Shown: one piece after another, positions 30,580-40,795 of the stretch
Position numbering within the stretch: the first letter of the stretch is position 1
Layout of the letters: each line of letters starts with the position of its first letter
Assembly (NCBI GenBank): GCA_965238005.1
Contig: OZ250165.1
Location: forward strand, 4,128,001 to 4,192,000
DNA length: 64,000 nucleotides
Origin: Longimicrobiales bacterium
GTDB taxonomy: Bacteria > Gemmatimonadota > Gemmatimonadetes > Longimicrobiales > Gaopeijiaceae
Direction: 5' to 3'
Notes under the pieces: model-generated
The model's input: only the letters and a program-made list of their open reading frames with translations
Database searches by the model: none
What the model was told of the DNA's origin: nothing
Position numbers and translations under genes: made by a program

Positions 30580-31509
30580 CTAAGGAATCACGCCGCTCAA
30601 CACGTAGTCGAGCGGATTTCGGGCCTTGCCACCCACCCAGACCTCGTAGTGCAGGTGGTCCGCGGTGGCCGTCCCGGTTCGGCCAACCTGGGCGAGTGCA
30701 TCGCCCCGCTGGATCCTCTGACCCTTCCTAACCAGGATCTCGGACGCGTGTGCATACCGGGTCATGTACCCGAACCCGTGGTTCACCTCGACGGTGTACC
30801 CGTAGCCCGACTTCCAGCCGGCGTACCATACGACACCCTTGGCCGCAGCGAGGATCGGTGTGCCCTTGAGAGCGTGGAGGTCGATTCCTGGATGCGGGAG
30901 CTCCTTGTGGTAGATCGGATGCAGGCGGGCAGAGCTGAATCCGCTGCTCAGGAGCCCCTCGGTCGGAATGATTGAGGGCGTCGACTCGAGGAGATCGTGG
31001 TGCGCCTCCAGGCTGTCGGTGGCCTCAGCCAGGCTCTCCGAGAGTAGTCTGGCGCGGCGCTCGAGAGCCAGCAGATCGTAGGACGTGGCGAACGTCTCCT
31101 TCGCCGTGGTCGGATCGGCCTCCCACAGGGGGCTGGACTCGGGCGTAAGCATACCGGGACCGCCGACGCCCACCTGGAAGATCTCCTCGTCGATGGTTTC
31201 AAGACCCGCCAGAAGGCGGAAACGCTGGTCCTGATCGATGAGCCCGTCGATGGAGCCTTCCATCCGAGCGACCCGAGTCTGAATCGTCTGGAGCTCCTGG
31301 GTGAGGAGCGACTTCTCCTGCTCGAGCTTGCGTGCCTCATAACGGGCTGAGCCGTCGACGGCCACCAGCATGGCCAGCCCCGTTACCACGACGGTGAAAC
31401 CGCCCAGCAGGGAGGCTAGGCCGTGGATTGTCCGGGAGGACGCACTGTACTGGCGAATCGGGCTTCCCTCGTCCGAGATGCACAGGAAAGTCCAGCGTTT
31501 GTCAGCCAT
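30580..31509 (-). CDS. M23 family metallopeptidase
   Basis: HPGID, TRYAH, HLHYEV; TM and coiled coil at N-terminus. Confidence 0.9.
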   Translation of the reverse strand: MADKRWTFLCISDEGSPIRQYSASSRTIHGLASLLGGFTVVVTGLAMLVAVDGSARYEARKLEQEKSLLTQELQTIQTRVARMEGSIDGLIDQDQRFRLLAGLETIDEEIFQVGVGGPGMLTPESSPLWEADPTTAKETFATSYDLLALERRARLLSESLAEATDSLEAHHDLLESTPSIIPTEGLLSSGFSSARLHPIYHKELPHPGIDLHALKGTPILAAAKGVVWYAGWKSGYGYTVEVNHGFGYMTRYAHASEILVRKGQRIQRGDALAQVGRTGTATADHLHYEVWVGGKARNPLDYVLSGVIP

Positions 31510-31529
31510 TACGGCGCTCGCTCACCTTC

Positions 31530-31588
31530 TTGTTAGAGGACTACCCTGTGTTCCACCTGCTTTGCTAGAAGACTACCCTGTGTTCCAC
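31530..31588. repeat. Direct repeat, 32-bp period
   Basis: GACTACCCTGTGTTCCAC at 31539-31556 and 31571-31588. Confidence 0.85.
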
Positions 31589-31667
31589 TGCCGGTATCGA
31601 GCATAAGGGGGTCATGCTCGATCCTCCAGGGTGGAGCAAGAAACATACCCGGCGCCAGCCGAGAGTG

Positions 31668-33206
31668 TCAAGCATTCTGATCGGGCTTCGGAAAGAGGGG
31701 AATTCCCTTGCTGACTCTGCGTCCTGCGAGGCTCATGGCCGCCGCCTCGTCGAGCGGAGGCACCCCGTCCAACCCCAACATTCTTGCCAGATCGGTCATT
31801 TTTTCCGGAGTGACCGGCAAGAAGAGCGCGCTGAGCACGGTGAGCGCCCGGGCGAGCGTCGCCAGCGTCTCGTCGAGCTCGCCGGCTCGCTCGGGATCTT
31901 TCGCGTGTGCCCAGGGTTCCCGCCTGTCCACGTACCCGTTCGCCGTGCGGGCCAGATCCATGGCGGAGGCCAGGGCGTCGTGGACGCGGAGCTCATCCAT
32001 GTGCTTCATCACCGTGTCCAGCGTCGCCCGGATCTCTTCGTCCAACCCCGCCCCTCCGGCGTCCGGGACGATCCCGTCGCGATACTTGACGATCATGGAC
32101 GTGGCTCGGCTCGCCAGATTGCCCAGCACGTTCGCCAGCTCCTCGTACCTCGCCAGGAACCTCTCGGGTGTATAGGACGCGTCGGCACCCGTGGGCATGT
32201 CCCTCAGGAGGTACCAGCGGACCCCGTCGGTCCCGAAGTCCTCCCGGAGCGCCAGCGGATCGACCACGTTCCCCTTAGACTTGGACATCTTGGTCTCCCC
32301 CATGACCCACCATCCGTGGGCCAGGATGTGCTTGGGGAGGTCGAGGTCCGCTGCCATCAAGATCGTCGGCCAGTAGACTGCGTGAGTGGTGATGATGTCC
32401 TTGCCCACGAGGTGCATGTCGGCGGGCCACCAGGAGTCCCCGGGGTCTGTGAACCCCGGCTGGTCCGGCCCACCCTCCGGGTCGAGAATACCCGAGCTCG
32501 TCACGTAGCTGATGAGAGCGTCGACCCATACGTAGCAGACGTGCTCATCGTCGAAGGGGAGGGTGATGCCCCACTCCAATCGTGACTTCGGACGCGAGAT
32601 GGAGAGATCCTGGAGCGGCTGGGCGAGGAAGCCCAAGACCTCGTTCCTCCGGGTCTCCGGGACGATCCACCCCGGGTTCTCCTCGATGTGCTGGATGAGC
32701 CGCTTCTGATGGTCGCTCATGCGGAAGAAGTAGTTCTTCTCCTCCACATGGCTCACCGGCCGCCCGCAGTCCGGACAGACGTGGTCCGGCCCCACGTCCG
32801 TGTCCGTCCAGTATCGCTCTTCGTGGACGCAGTACCAGCCGCTGTAGACGTCGTCGTAGAGCTGCCCCTTCTTCCAGAGGCGCTCCAGGATGGCCGTGAC
32901 CACACCCGCATGCTCCCCCTCCGTCGTGCGGATGAAGCGATCGTGGGAGATGTTCAGGTCCTTCCAGGCCGCCTCGAACCGCTTGGCCATGCGGTCCGCC
33001 AATTCGATCGGCTTTATGCCCTGCTCCGCGGCGGCCTCTTGCATCTTCTGGCCGTGCTCGTCGGTGCCGGTGAGGAAGAGCACGTCGGCCCCCGTCTGCC
33101 GGTAGTAGCGGGCCAGGAAGTCGGTGAGCACGGTCGTGTAGGCGTGCCCTAGGTGGGGCTCGCCCGAGGCGTAGTAGATCGGTGTGGTGAGGTAGCGCCG
33201 GTTCAA
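31668..33206 (-). CDS. metG: Methionine--tRNA ligase (short form)
   Basis: YLTTPIYY, PHLGHAY, TGTDEHG, KMSKS. Confidence 0.95.
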   Translation of the reverse strand: MNRRYLTTPIYYASGEPHLGHAYTTVLTDFLARYYRQTGADVLFLTGTDEHGQKMQEAAAEQGIKPIELADRMAKRFEAAWKDLNISHDRFIRTTEGEHAGVVTAILERLWKKGQLYDDVYSGWYCVHEERYWTDTDVGPDHVCPDCGRPVSHVEEKNYFFRMSDHQKRLIQHIEENPGWIVPETRRNEVLGFLAQPLQDLSISRPKSRLEWGITLPFDDEHVCYVWVDALISYVTSSGILDPEGGPDQPGFTDPGDSWWPADMHLVGKDIITTHAVYWPTILMAADLDLPKHILAHGWWVMGETKMSKSKGNVVDPLALREDFGTDGVRWYLLRDMPTGADASYTPERFLARYEELANVLGNLASRATSMIVKYRDGIVPDAGGAGLDEEIRATLDTVMKHMDELRVHDALASAMDLARTANGYVDRREPWAHAKDPERAGELDETLATLARALTVLSALFLPVTPEKMTDLARMLGLDGVPPLDEAAAMSLAGRRVSKGIPLFPKPDQNA

Positions 33207-33255
33207 GGTGTTTCGCGATCGGAGATTTGCGATACGGCAGGCGACCTAGTGGCCA

Positions 33256-34089
33256 CTAGTCGGGCTTGCGCGTCACTTCGCCCTTGAGCTCCTCCAAGGA
33301 CACGGTCCGACGGTTGCCCTCCGTCGAGCGAAGCGTGACGGTCTCCTGCCAGATGTCCACGGTGACGACTCGCTCCTCACCCTGCTCGGTTCTGAGGGTC
33401 TTGCCCTCCCTGGGGAACCGGCGTCGCGCCTCGACATACGTCTTGTGCTCGTACATGAGACAGCACATGAGGCGGCCACAGCAACCGGAGATCTGCGCCG
33501 GGTTGAGCGAGAGCCTCTGGTCCTTGGCGAGCTGCAGGCTGACGGGCTTCAGGGCCGGAAGCCAGGTCGAGCAACAGAGCTCACGGCCGCACCGCCCCAC
33601 TCCCCCGAGCAGAGCCGCCTCGTCGCGAACACCGATCTGCTTGAGCTCGATGCGGGTTCGGAACGTCCGGGCCAGATCTCGGACGAGCTCACGGAAGTCG
33701 ACACGGCGTTCGGCGGTGAAGTAGATGATCAGCTTGTTCTTGTCGAACTGCCACTCGGCTTCGGTGACCTTCATCTTGAGCTCATGCCGTTGCACCAGCT
33801 TCCGCGTCTCGGTGCGGACCCGGTGCTCGTCGTCCCGTAGGCTCTCCACGTTTGCGATCTCACCGTCCCGCGCGAACCGGAGGACCCGCTTCTGCGGAAG
33901 TGGTGTGGCACAGCCCCCCGAAGAGCTGCACTTGCGCTCTGCAATTGTGCCGAGCGCCGCAACTTCGCCGAGGTCCTCTCCCCGGTCGGCCTCGACGATG
34001 ACCTTCGATCCGGGGCTGAGGTCCAGGTCCTGGAAGGAGAAGTAGTCCCGACGGGTGCCCTTGAAGAGAACCTCTGCGAAGCCGGCCAT
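33256..34089 (-). CDS. ricT: PSP1/RicT (YaaT) family Fe-S protein
   Basis: YFTAERRVDFRELVRDLA, IGVRDEA, CGRELCC, SGCCGRLMCCL; adjacent to metG. Confidence 0.85.
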   Translation of the reverse strand: MAGFAEVLFKGTRRDYFSFQDLDLSPGSKVIVEADRGEDLGEVAALGTIAERKCSSSGGCATPLPQKRVLRFARDGEIANVESLRDDEHRVRTETRKLVQRHELKMKVTEAEWQFDKNKLIIYFTAERRVDFRELVRDLARTFRTRIELKQIGVRDEAALLGGVGRCGRELCCSTWLPALKPVSLQLAKDQRLSLNPAQISGCCGRLMCCLMYEHKTYVEARRRFPREGKTLRTEQGEERVVTVDIWQETVTLRSTEGNRRTVSLEELKGEVTRKPD

Positions 34090-34091
34090 GG

Positions 34092-35081
34092 TCAATAGGC
34101 CTCGCTCGCCTGTTCGGAGGCGGATTCGGTCCACTCGCCGATGGCCTCGTACTTCTGCCAGCGCCTCTCCAAGAGGTCGGTCGCGTCGATCTGCCGCAGC
34201 TCATCGAGATTACGCACGATGGAGTCTCTCACGGCGACGGCCGTAGCATCCCAGTCGGAGTGGGCTCCACCTGCGGGCTCGGGAATGATCTCGTCCGCGA
34301 CCCCGAGCTCGACCAGATCCTTGGAGGTGAGCTTGAGGGCCGCCGCCGCCTCGACCTTGAAGTCCCGCGAGCGCCAGAGGATGGCCGCGCAGCCCTCGGG
34401 GGAGATCACCGAATACACGGAATGCTCCAGCATCAGGATGCGGTCCGTCACTCCCAGACCGAGGGCGCCACCCGAGCCGCCCTCGCCAATGACGACGGAC
34501 ACGAGGGGAACGCGCAGGCGAGCCATCTCACGCAGGTTGAGGGCGATGGCCTCCGCGATCCCGCGCTCCTCGGAGCCCAGTCCGGGGTAGGCTCCCGGGG
34601 TGTCGATGAAGGTTACTACGGGCCTGCCGAACTTCTCCGCCTGGCGCATGAGCCTGAGGGCCTTCCGGTATCCCTCCGGGTGGGCCATGCCGAAATTCCG
34701 GCGGAGGTTCTCCTTGATGTCCCGGCCCTTCTGGTGGCCGATGACCATCATCGAGGCCCCTTCGAGGCTAGCCCATCCGCCCACGATGGCCTCGTCGTCC
34801 CGGAAGGTTCGATCCCCGTGCAGCTCCACCCAGTCGGTAAAGATGCGCTCCACGTAATCGAGGGTGTACGGGCGGTCCTGGTGTCGCGCTACCCGGACCT
34901 GCTCCATGGGGGTCAGGTTCTTGTACGTGGACTCTTTGAGGGCTTCCAACTTGGTCCGGAGCTCCCTTAGTTCGTCTGACACGTCGAAGCCACTGCGCTC
35001 GGCCGACGCCACGAGGTCGTCAATCTGCTCTTGGACCTCGACGATGTCACGCTCGAACTCCAGCCTCGGCGATTGGGCCAA
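34092..35081 (-). CDS. accA: Acetyl-CoA carboxylase carboxyltransferase alpha
   Basis: ELHGDR, RNFGM, PEGYRKALR, IDTPGAYPG, GEGGSGGAL; TTG 35081 with GGAGG. Confidence 0.95.
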   Translation of the reverse strand: MAQSPRLEFERDIVEVQEQIDDLVASAERSGFDVSDELRELRTKLEALKESTYKNLTPMEQVRVARHQDRPYTLDYVERIFTDWVELHGDRTFRDDEAIVGGWASLEGASMMVIGHQKGRDIKENLRRNFGMAHPEGYRKALRLMRQAEKFGRPVVTFIDTPGAYPGLGSEERGIAEAIALNLREMARLRVPLVSVVIGEGGSGGALGLGVTDRILMLEHSVYSVISPEGCAAILWRSRDFKVEAAAALKLTSKDLVELGVADEIIPEPAGGAHSDWDATAVAVRDSIVRNLDELRQIDATDLLERRWQKYEAIGEWTESASEQASEAY

Positions 35082-35226
35082 GGATTGCCTCCGGCTCGTT
35101 GGGGAAAAAGGTGCCGCCGGAAACGGCATCCGGCGGTGTGGAAGAGGTACAGTATTGTAATTGATGCGGCGCTACGTCGGCTACATTCGCCATTCGCGCG
35201 CGCGGCGTCTCTCCGAACACGCTCGC

Positions 35227-36249
35227 TCATGCACCGCCCCGGCGAATCACCTCCAGCGGCTCCACCTCCTCCGGTTCCTTGAACCGTCCCCAGTATCGAG
35301 CGGTGGCGGCCGCCAGCTCGGGATTCACGTTCGCGAGACCGAACTCCTTGTAGAACATGAGCATCTCCATCTTCCGCGCCATAAAGGGTCCCACGTCGAC
35401 GAAGAACTGAGGACGGAAATCCAGCGTCGCGGTAGGGCACTGGTAGGCGAGGACATTGTGGACTGCCTCGGCCGACGCCAGCGCGATGCGATTGCTGTTC
35501 ACGGAGCCGTGATCCTGGGCCGACGCCGTCGGAAGGTAGAGCATACCGGCGCCGGTCTCGGCTATGACGGACCGCACCAGCTGTGTGGCGGCCTCCGGAT
35601 CGACGGCGTCCTCGTCTCCCACGCTCTTCACCTGGCCCCCCAGCATTTCGGCGGCCTGCACCGCGGCGGCGGCCAGGTCGGAGGGCGGGTCCCCGCCTCC
35701 GGCCAGGTTGAGGATCACGACCTGATGGCCTTCGGCTTGGTGCTTGAAGAGGACGCCACCGCAACCCATCTCCACGTCTCCCGGCCGGCCTCCAACGGCC
35801 AACACAGTCGGGACGTGCCCCGTAGCGGTCGCGTCCGCTGCGGCTTCGCCCGGTCCGGCGTCACCCTCGATCGGGACGAACTCCCGGACCTTGGTCAGCA
35901 GCTCGGCCTTGTCCACGGGCTTGTTGAGCACGTAGTCGGCCCCGGCACGGAAGGCTCCGTCGATCATGAGGCTGCTGGTGGCCCCGGTGACGATCATTAT
36001 CGGGAGGTCGGGATGTGCCTCTCTTCCCTGTTGGGTCAGCTCGATCCCGTCCAGCCCCGGCAGGTTCAGGTCGAAGATGGCAAGCGCCCACCCGCCTCCG
36101 AGCAACAGCTCCAGACCCTTCTGCCCGTCCTGCGCCGAGGTCACCTGGTAGGGGCCGGCGTTCTCGATGAGCGTCTTGATTAGGAGGATCTCGTCGACGC
36201 TGTCCTCCACGAGGAGAATCATGACTTTCTTGGAAGGGCCTGAACTCAC
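35227..36249 (-). CDS. Response regulator receiver fused to degenerate PIG-L/LmbE deacetylase domain
   Basis: ILLVEDS, IFDLNLPGLDG, KP; then VLAVGGRPGDVEMGCGG and ARYWG; start placed at GTG 36249. Confidence 0.8.
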   Translation of the reverse strand: MSSGPSKKVMILLVEDSVDEILLIKTLIENAGPYQVTSAQDGQKGLELLLGGGWALAIFDLNLPGLDGIELTQQGREAHPDLPIMIVTGATSSLMIDGAFRAGADYVLNKPVDKAELLTKVREFVPIEGDAGPGEAAADATATGHVPTVLAVGGRPGDVEMGCGGVLFKHQAEGHQVVILNLAGGGDPPSDLAAAAVQAAEMLGGQVKSVGDEDAVDPEAATQLVRSVIAETGAGMLYLPTASAQDHGSVNSNRIALASAEAVHNVLAYQCPTATLDFRPQFFVDVGPFMARKMEMLMFYKEFGLANVNPELAAATARYWGRFKEPEEVEPLEVIRRGGA

Positions 36250-36610
36250 GGGATGTTGCTGCTCCCAGGGAATATGTTGGGGGGGGGCGTCGGGTCTCAG
36301 GCTCGCGGGGCGTGAGACCCCATCAACTATTCTACCGCCTCTCTCGCTTGGTGGCACCTGTCTTTGCAACCTCTCGACGGAAGGCTCTGTCTCAAGGTGC
36401 ACGGGACGCCCGGGTGCGCCCAGGCACTTCGAGGAGGGCAGCAATGGGGATGGCAAGTTTGGTCGGGCGTACGGGGCTGGGTGCTTCCCAGTCGTCGTGT
36501 GAGCGGGACTCGTGGGGACGTGTTCGCCAGCGGGGTGCGAACGTGCGGTAGCGGCTCGATCGCTGGCTGCGTGGTGGAGGGTCATCCCGGAAGGGGCGGC
36601 CTCGTTCTTG

Positions 36611-37834
36611 TCAGTCTGCCGCGCTTACGACCGGGGACTGCTCGGGGTTCAATTCGGGCTCGGGTACCAGGTAGCCCACCACCGCGGCCATGGCCACGAC
36701 GGCGATGGTTCCCAGCACCGTGTCGCTCACGTACCCGAAGCGCGTGTAGAGCGGGCCGGCCAGAGCGGCGCCCACGGCGAAGCCGACCTGACCGAGGGCG
36801 ACGGTCAGGCTCATGAGTGAGCCTCTCCGTTCGTCGCTCACCAGGGCCGTCAGGAGCGCGGAAAACGGACTGATGCGCATGGCCACCAGGACCATGATGA
36901 CGAAGAACATGCCGTAGGCAACCCAGACGTCACTGATGACGAACGTAGTCAGGGGCATCACCACGGCGAGCCCGAGGCTGGACAGGATGACGATGCGCTT
37001 ACGGCCGATCCTGTCCGAGAGCTTCCCCGCCTGAGGTCCCGTCAGGACGTTGGCGATGCCCCCCACCACGAACATGGTCGCGATGGCGCTGGGAGTCGCA
37101 CCGACGGCTTGCTCGAGCCAGTAAGGCAGGTACACGATGAACAGTGACACACCCATGAACATGAGGAAGTAGGCGGCGGCGGCCGCCGCGATCTCCTTTC
37201 GCATGAACAGGATCTTGTAGTCGCTGGCGGCGCGGGCCAGGGTGAGTCGCCCCTCGGTGCGCTTCACGTCTGGCTGGGGCACCCGGAACCAGATCAAGAG
37301 ACAGGTCATGCTCATGGCGGCGGCGAACAGATAGAAAGGAGCCCGGAAGCCATATGCTCCGGCCAGCACGATCCCAAGGGGGACGCCCGCGATCTGGCCG
37401 GCGGCCATGCCGCTCATCACCCAACCGGTGGCCCAGCCTCGCCTATCGTACGGAAAGAAGTCACCGATGTAGGCGACGGCGGCTCCGCTCAGGATCCCGC
37501 CCGCCGACCCGGCGAAGATGCGGACCGCCAGAAACGAGTAGTACCCCACGACGAAGTGGTGCAGGAGCAGGGCCACGGTCATGATGCCGGTCCCCAATAG
37601 CAGGATGCGGCGCCGCCCGATCTTGTCCGATATCGGACCTGAGATGATGGCGAAGACGCCGACCATGAGGGAGTAGGCCGAGACCAGCGTGCCGAGGACG
37701 GACTCGGCGATTCCGAGCTCTTCGCCGATCCGGGGGAGGATCGGCGAGATGATCATGATCTGGCTGCTGGCCGCGAAGACCAGAAGCCAGAGGGCGAAGA
37801 CGATGACGCCGGGGGAGGGCTTATCTCGGCTCAA
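36611..37834 (-). CDS. MFS transporter
   Basis: About 12 TM segments, GPISDKIGRR and GKLSDRIGRK. Confidence 0.9.
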   Translation of the reverse strand: MSRDKPSPGVIVFALWLLVFAASSQIMIISPILPRIGEELGIAESVLGTLVSAYSLMVGVFAIISGPISDKIGRRRILLLGTGIMTVALLLHHFVVGYYSFLAVRIFAGSAGGILSGAAVAYIGDFFPYDRRGWATGWVMSGMAAGQIAGVPLGIVLAGAYGFRAPFYLFAAAMSMTCLLIWFRVPQPDVKRTEGRLTLARAASDYKILFMRKEIAAAAAAYFLMFMGVSLFIVYLPYWLEQAVGATPSAIATMFVVGGIANVLTGPQAGKLSDRIGRKRIVILSSLGLAVVMPLTTFVISDVWVAYGMFFVIMVLVAMRISPFSALLTALVSDERRGSLMSLTVALGQVGFAVGAALAGPLYTRFGYVSDTVLGTIAVVAMAAVVGYLVPEPELNPEQSPVVSAAD

Positions 37835-37846
37835 GCGCCACCATCC

Positions 37847-38620
37847 TCACCGACTCTCCTTGTGGAATACGGTGGCGGAGCGCTGGTCGGTGCACATCAT
37901 GACCAGCTGAAGGACGTTTACGTGAGGCGGTGCGTTGGCCACGTAGCAGACGGCGTCAGCGACGTCGTCCGGAGTGAGGGGTGTGTAGCCTTGGTAGATC
38001 TTCTCCGCCCTTTCCTCATCCCCACGGAATCGTACGAGTGAGAACTCGGTCTCGACGGCCCCGGGGTCGATGCTCGACACCCGGACGTTGCTGCCCACGA
38101 GATCGATGCTCATCGCCTCGTTCAAGGCATGCACCGCGAACTTAGTGGCGGTATATACGCCACCAGCGGGGTACACCCACCGCCCCGCGATGCTCCCGAT
38201 GTTGATGACGTGGCCCTGGTCCCGTTCGACCATGAGGGGGAGGATCGCCCGGGTCATGTAAAGGAGCCCTTTGACGTTGGTGTCGATCATCTCCTCCCAG
38301 TCTTCGATGTCGCCTTCCTGGATCGTGGACAGGCCCCGGCCGAGACCGGCGTTGTTCAGGAGGATGTCTGGGACGACTCCCCGCTGCCTCAGGTCCGCGG
38401 CCAGCTCGTCGGGCGAGGGCACGGTCCCGCACGTCATGGATCCGGACGGCGACGTCCACGCCGGTCCCCGACAGCTCATCGCGGCGGGCGTTGAGCCGTT
38501 CCTCCCTCCGGGCCAGGAGAATGAGGTTCGCCCCTCGCTCGGCGAAGAAGCGGGCGCAGGACTCGCCGATTCCGGACGTCGCACCGGTGATGACGACGGT
38601 CTTGCCTTCGATTCGATTCA
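37847..38620 (-). pseudogene. YdfG-like SDR oxidoreductase split by one frameshift
   Basis: ITGATSGIG in one frame; LNNAG, TNVKG, YTATK in another; switch near 38415 (may be a sequencing error). Confidence 0.75.
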
Positions 38621-38935
38621 TGAGCGCTCCCAATCCGAGCCCCCGATCGGGGAAGTCGACCGCCGGCCGCCCCGGCCGAAGGGGTCCGTGGCTTCGGATG
38701 ACGGCGGATCTCCCACACCACGGCCTCCGAAGGTGCGCCCGAGGGGTGAGACTGGCAATGACCGGGACGTTGTTGTCGACGTGTGAGAGGAGGACCTTGA
38801 CGCACTATCTCCAAGTCCCGAAAAGGAGGATGTTGCGAGGGTGCAGGGGAACACCCTACGGTTCCTGCCGGGTACAAAACGCACTCGGGGGGTTCAGTGT
38901 CGGCGCATTCTTGGCGATCTTGTCAGCGACAAAAA

Positions 38936-39008
38936 TGGGGCGTAGCTCAACCGGCAGAGCGCCTGGCTGTTAACCAGGAGGTTGGTGGTTCGAACCCACC
39001 CGCCCCAG
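38936..39008 (+). tRNA. tRNA-Asn (GTT)
   Basis: Acceptor TGGGGCG/CGCCCCA, anticodon arm CCTGG-CTGTTAA-CCAGG, T arm GGTGG-TTCGAAC-CCACC, discriminator G, no encoded CCA. Confidence 0.95.
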
Positions 39009-39105
39009 TTGGAGATGAGGCAATGTGGGAGCGGCTTTCTGGGCTTTGGTCTGGGAGACCGTTTCCCTTGTGTGCACGTTGGTGTGCATGTTGGAGGCCC
39101 ATTCT

Positions 39106-39770
39106 CTACTTCGCCTCCCTCAGTTCACCACGCTCCAGGACCACCCGGAGCATCGTCTCTTGGTCGGCTTGCTGGTAGACGAGGCGTAGCGTGTTCGGGT
39201 TCGCCCAACCTCCAGCGGCGGCCACGTCGGCATCCGGTAGGTGCTTTCTCTCGGTCGCCCACTTTCTGCGGTAGGCATGCCAGAGGCTCCCGTCCAGCTT
39301 CTCAAGACCGGCGAGCCGTTCAGCTTCCAGAAGCCAGTTGGCTGCGAGATGTCTGCTGAGGGGCTTCGCGGGATCACCCGGAGAGGGGAAGAGGTAGGCA
39401 CGACCGATCCCCGGACGCTCCTGGAGGACTCGGTCGATGGCGGCCCGCACGTCTGGGCCGATCGGGACCAGGGTCTCACGGCCAGCCTTGTCTATCTGCT
39501 GGCCACCGAATGGCCCCGTAGGGTTCAGCCTGAAGATCGAGGTCCTCATACCCTAGGCCGAGCACCGCTGAAAGCCGCCGACCAGTTTCGTGGATGATGT
39601 CTAGGATCTCCGATAGGGGTGAGCGGACCACTTGGGGCCGACCGTTCCACCTAACCTCCATCGTCACCCGGTCCGCCTTCACACGGGTCGCCCGGTAACG
39701 GTCTTCAGTGGCGACAGGACGGCGCGGGTTCTTTTCCGTCGGGGCCACGAACCCCCGCACCGGGGTCTCA
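39106..39770 (-). pseudogene. Tyrosine recombinase/integrase, catalytic domain only, frameshifted
   Basis: TGRRLSAVLGL; frame change near 39495; then DK, WHAYRR, GW, VY; N-terminal domain missing. Confidence 0.85.
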
Positions 39771-39772
39771 CA

Positions 39773-39970
39773 CGTTCGCACGACGGCGATCTGTTCGGTC
39801 AGGCCGTGAACATCGCCTCACGCCTTCAGGGTGTCGCCGAGCCAGGACAGATTGTCTTGAGCCAGGCTATCGTTGACAAGCTGGACCCCGAGCTTCGCTT
39901 TGAGGAGCTGGGCGAGAAGAGCCTCAAGAACGTGAGTGAGCCCGTGGTTTGTTATGCGGTGCGGCAATAG
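39773..39970 (+). pseudogene. C-terminal fragment of class III adenylate/guanylate cyclase
   Basis: DGDLFGQAVNIASRLQ, GEKSLKNVSEPV; no start or N-terminal half. Confidence 0.8.
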
Positions 39971-39991
39971 AATCAATCGCAGCACGCCGTC

Positions 39992-40120
39992 TAACGGCCC
40001 TCTCAGCCACGAGGACGCTCCAGCCTACCCCCTGGATACCGAATAAAGCCCGAAGACGCTCAGAACGTCATTGCAGGCCTCTGAACGGGTTCTGCTTGCG
40101 CCTACCGGACCGCTCTCGGA
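39992..40120. repeat. ~130-bp non-coding direct repeat, copy A
   Basis: Aligns end to end with 44013-44142, including an identical 34-bp block. Confidence 0.9.
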
Positions 40121-40162
40121 TGTTGCGAGGGTCCGATCTCCCGGTTGCCAGCGGAGGTCACG

Positions 40163-40300
40163 ATGTCAGACGCCATCGCCCGCCTGAACGCAGCCCTCGA
40201 GGGTCGTTACGCCATCGAGCGTGAGCTCGGTGAGGGCGGGATGGCTACGGTCTATCTTGCGGAGGATCTGAAGCACAGCCGCAAACCCCATGGAGAGTAA
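40163..40300 (+). pseudogene. N-terminal stub of a Hanks-type Ser/Thr kinase (45 aa ORF)
   Basis: GGAGG RBS; MSDAIARLNAALEGRYAIERELGEGGMATVYLAEDLKHSRK, ends before the catalytic Lys motif. Confidence 0.85.
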
Positions 40301-40306
40301 CCGAGA

Positions 40307-40684
40307 ATGATCACCGCCATGAACCGGATCTATGTGGTGCCGGAGTACGCCGAGCAGTTCGAGCAGCGCTTCCGGACACGGGCGCGGCTGGTGGACGGGA
40401 TGCCCGGGTTTATCTGGAACAAGGTACTGAGCCCAGTAAATCCGGGAGACCCATACATTGTCTTGACGCTGTGGGAATCCCGGGCCGCGTTCGATGTGTG
40501 GGTAAAGTCGGACGAGTTCGTGAAAGGGCATGCACGCTCCGGCACGCTTCCGCAAGAAGCGTTCATGCAGCCGAGCCAGCTCGAGTTGCACGAGGTCTTC
40601 ATGGACTCGAGCCAACCGGATCTGGAGCCAGAGCCACGTGGCAAGCCAGTTGCCTTTCACGGCAAGCAGGATGGCGAGCGCTGA
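40307..40684 (+). CDS. Antibiotic biosynthesis monooxygenase family, IsdG-like heme-degrading type
   Basis: MNRI, FEQRF, GMPGF, TLWESRAAF, WVKSDEFVKGH. Confidence 0.8.
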   Translation: MITAMNRIYVVPEYAEQFEQRFRTRARLVDGMPGFIWNKVLSPVNPGDPYIVLTLWESRAAFDVWVKSDEFVKGHARSGTLPQEAFMQPSQLELHEVFMDSSQPDLEPEPRGKPVAFHGKQDGER

Positions 40685-40795
40685 GCTGGCAGCAGTGCGA
40701 CTTGCCCGATCCTGGTCGAGAGCTTCTTCGAGGAGTTGAAGCGGCGGGTGGGCAAAGGTGGTGAAAGGCGTGACACACGCGAAAGGGACGACATC

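Noticed and set aside
31530..31588. Mini CRISPR array
   Set aside because: Only two units, spacer too short, no cas genes
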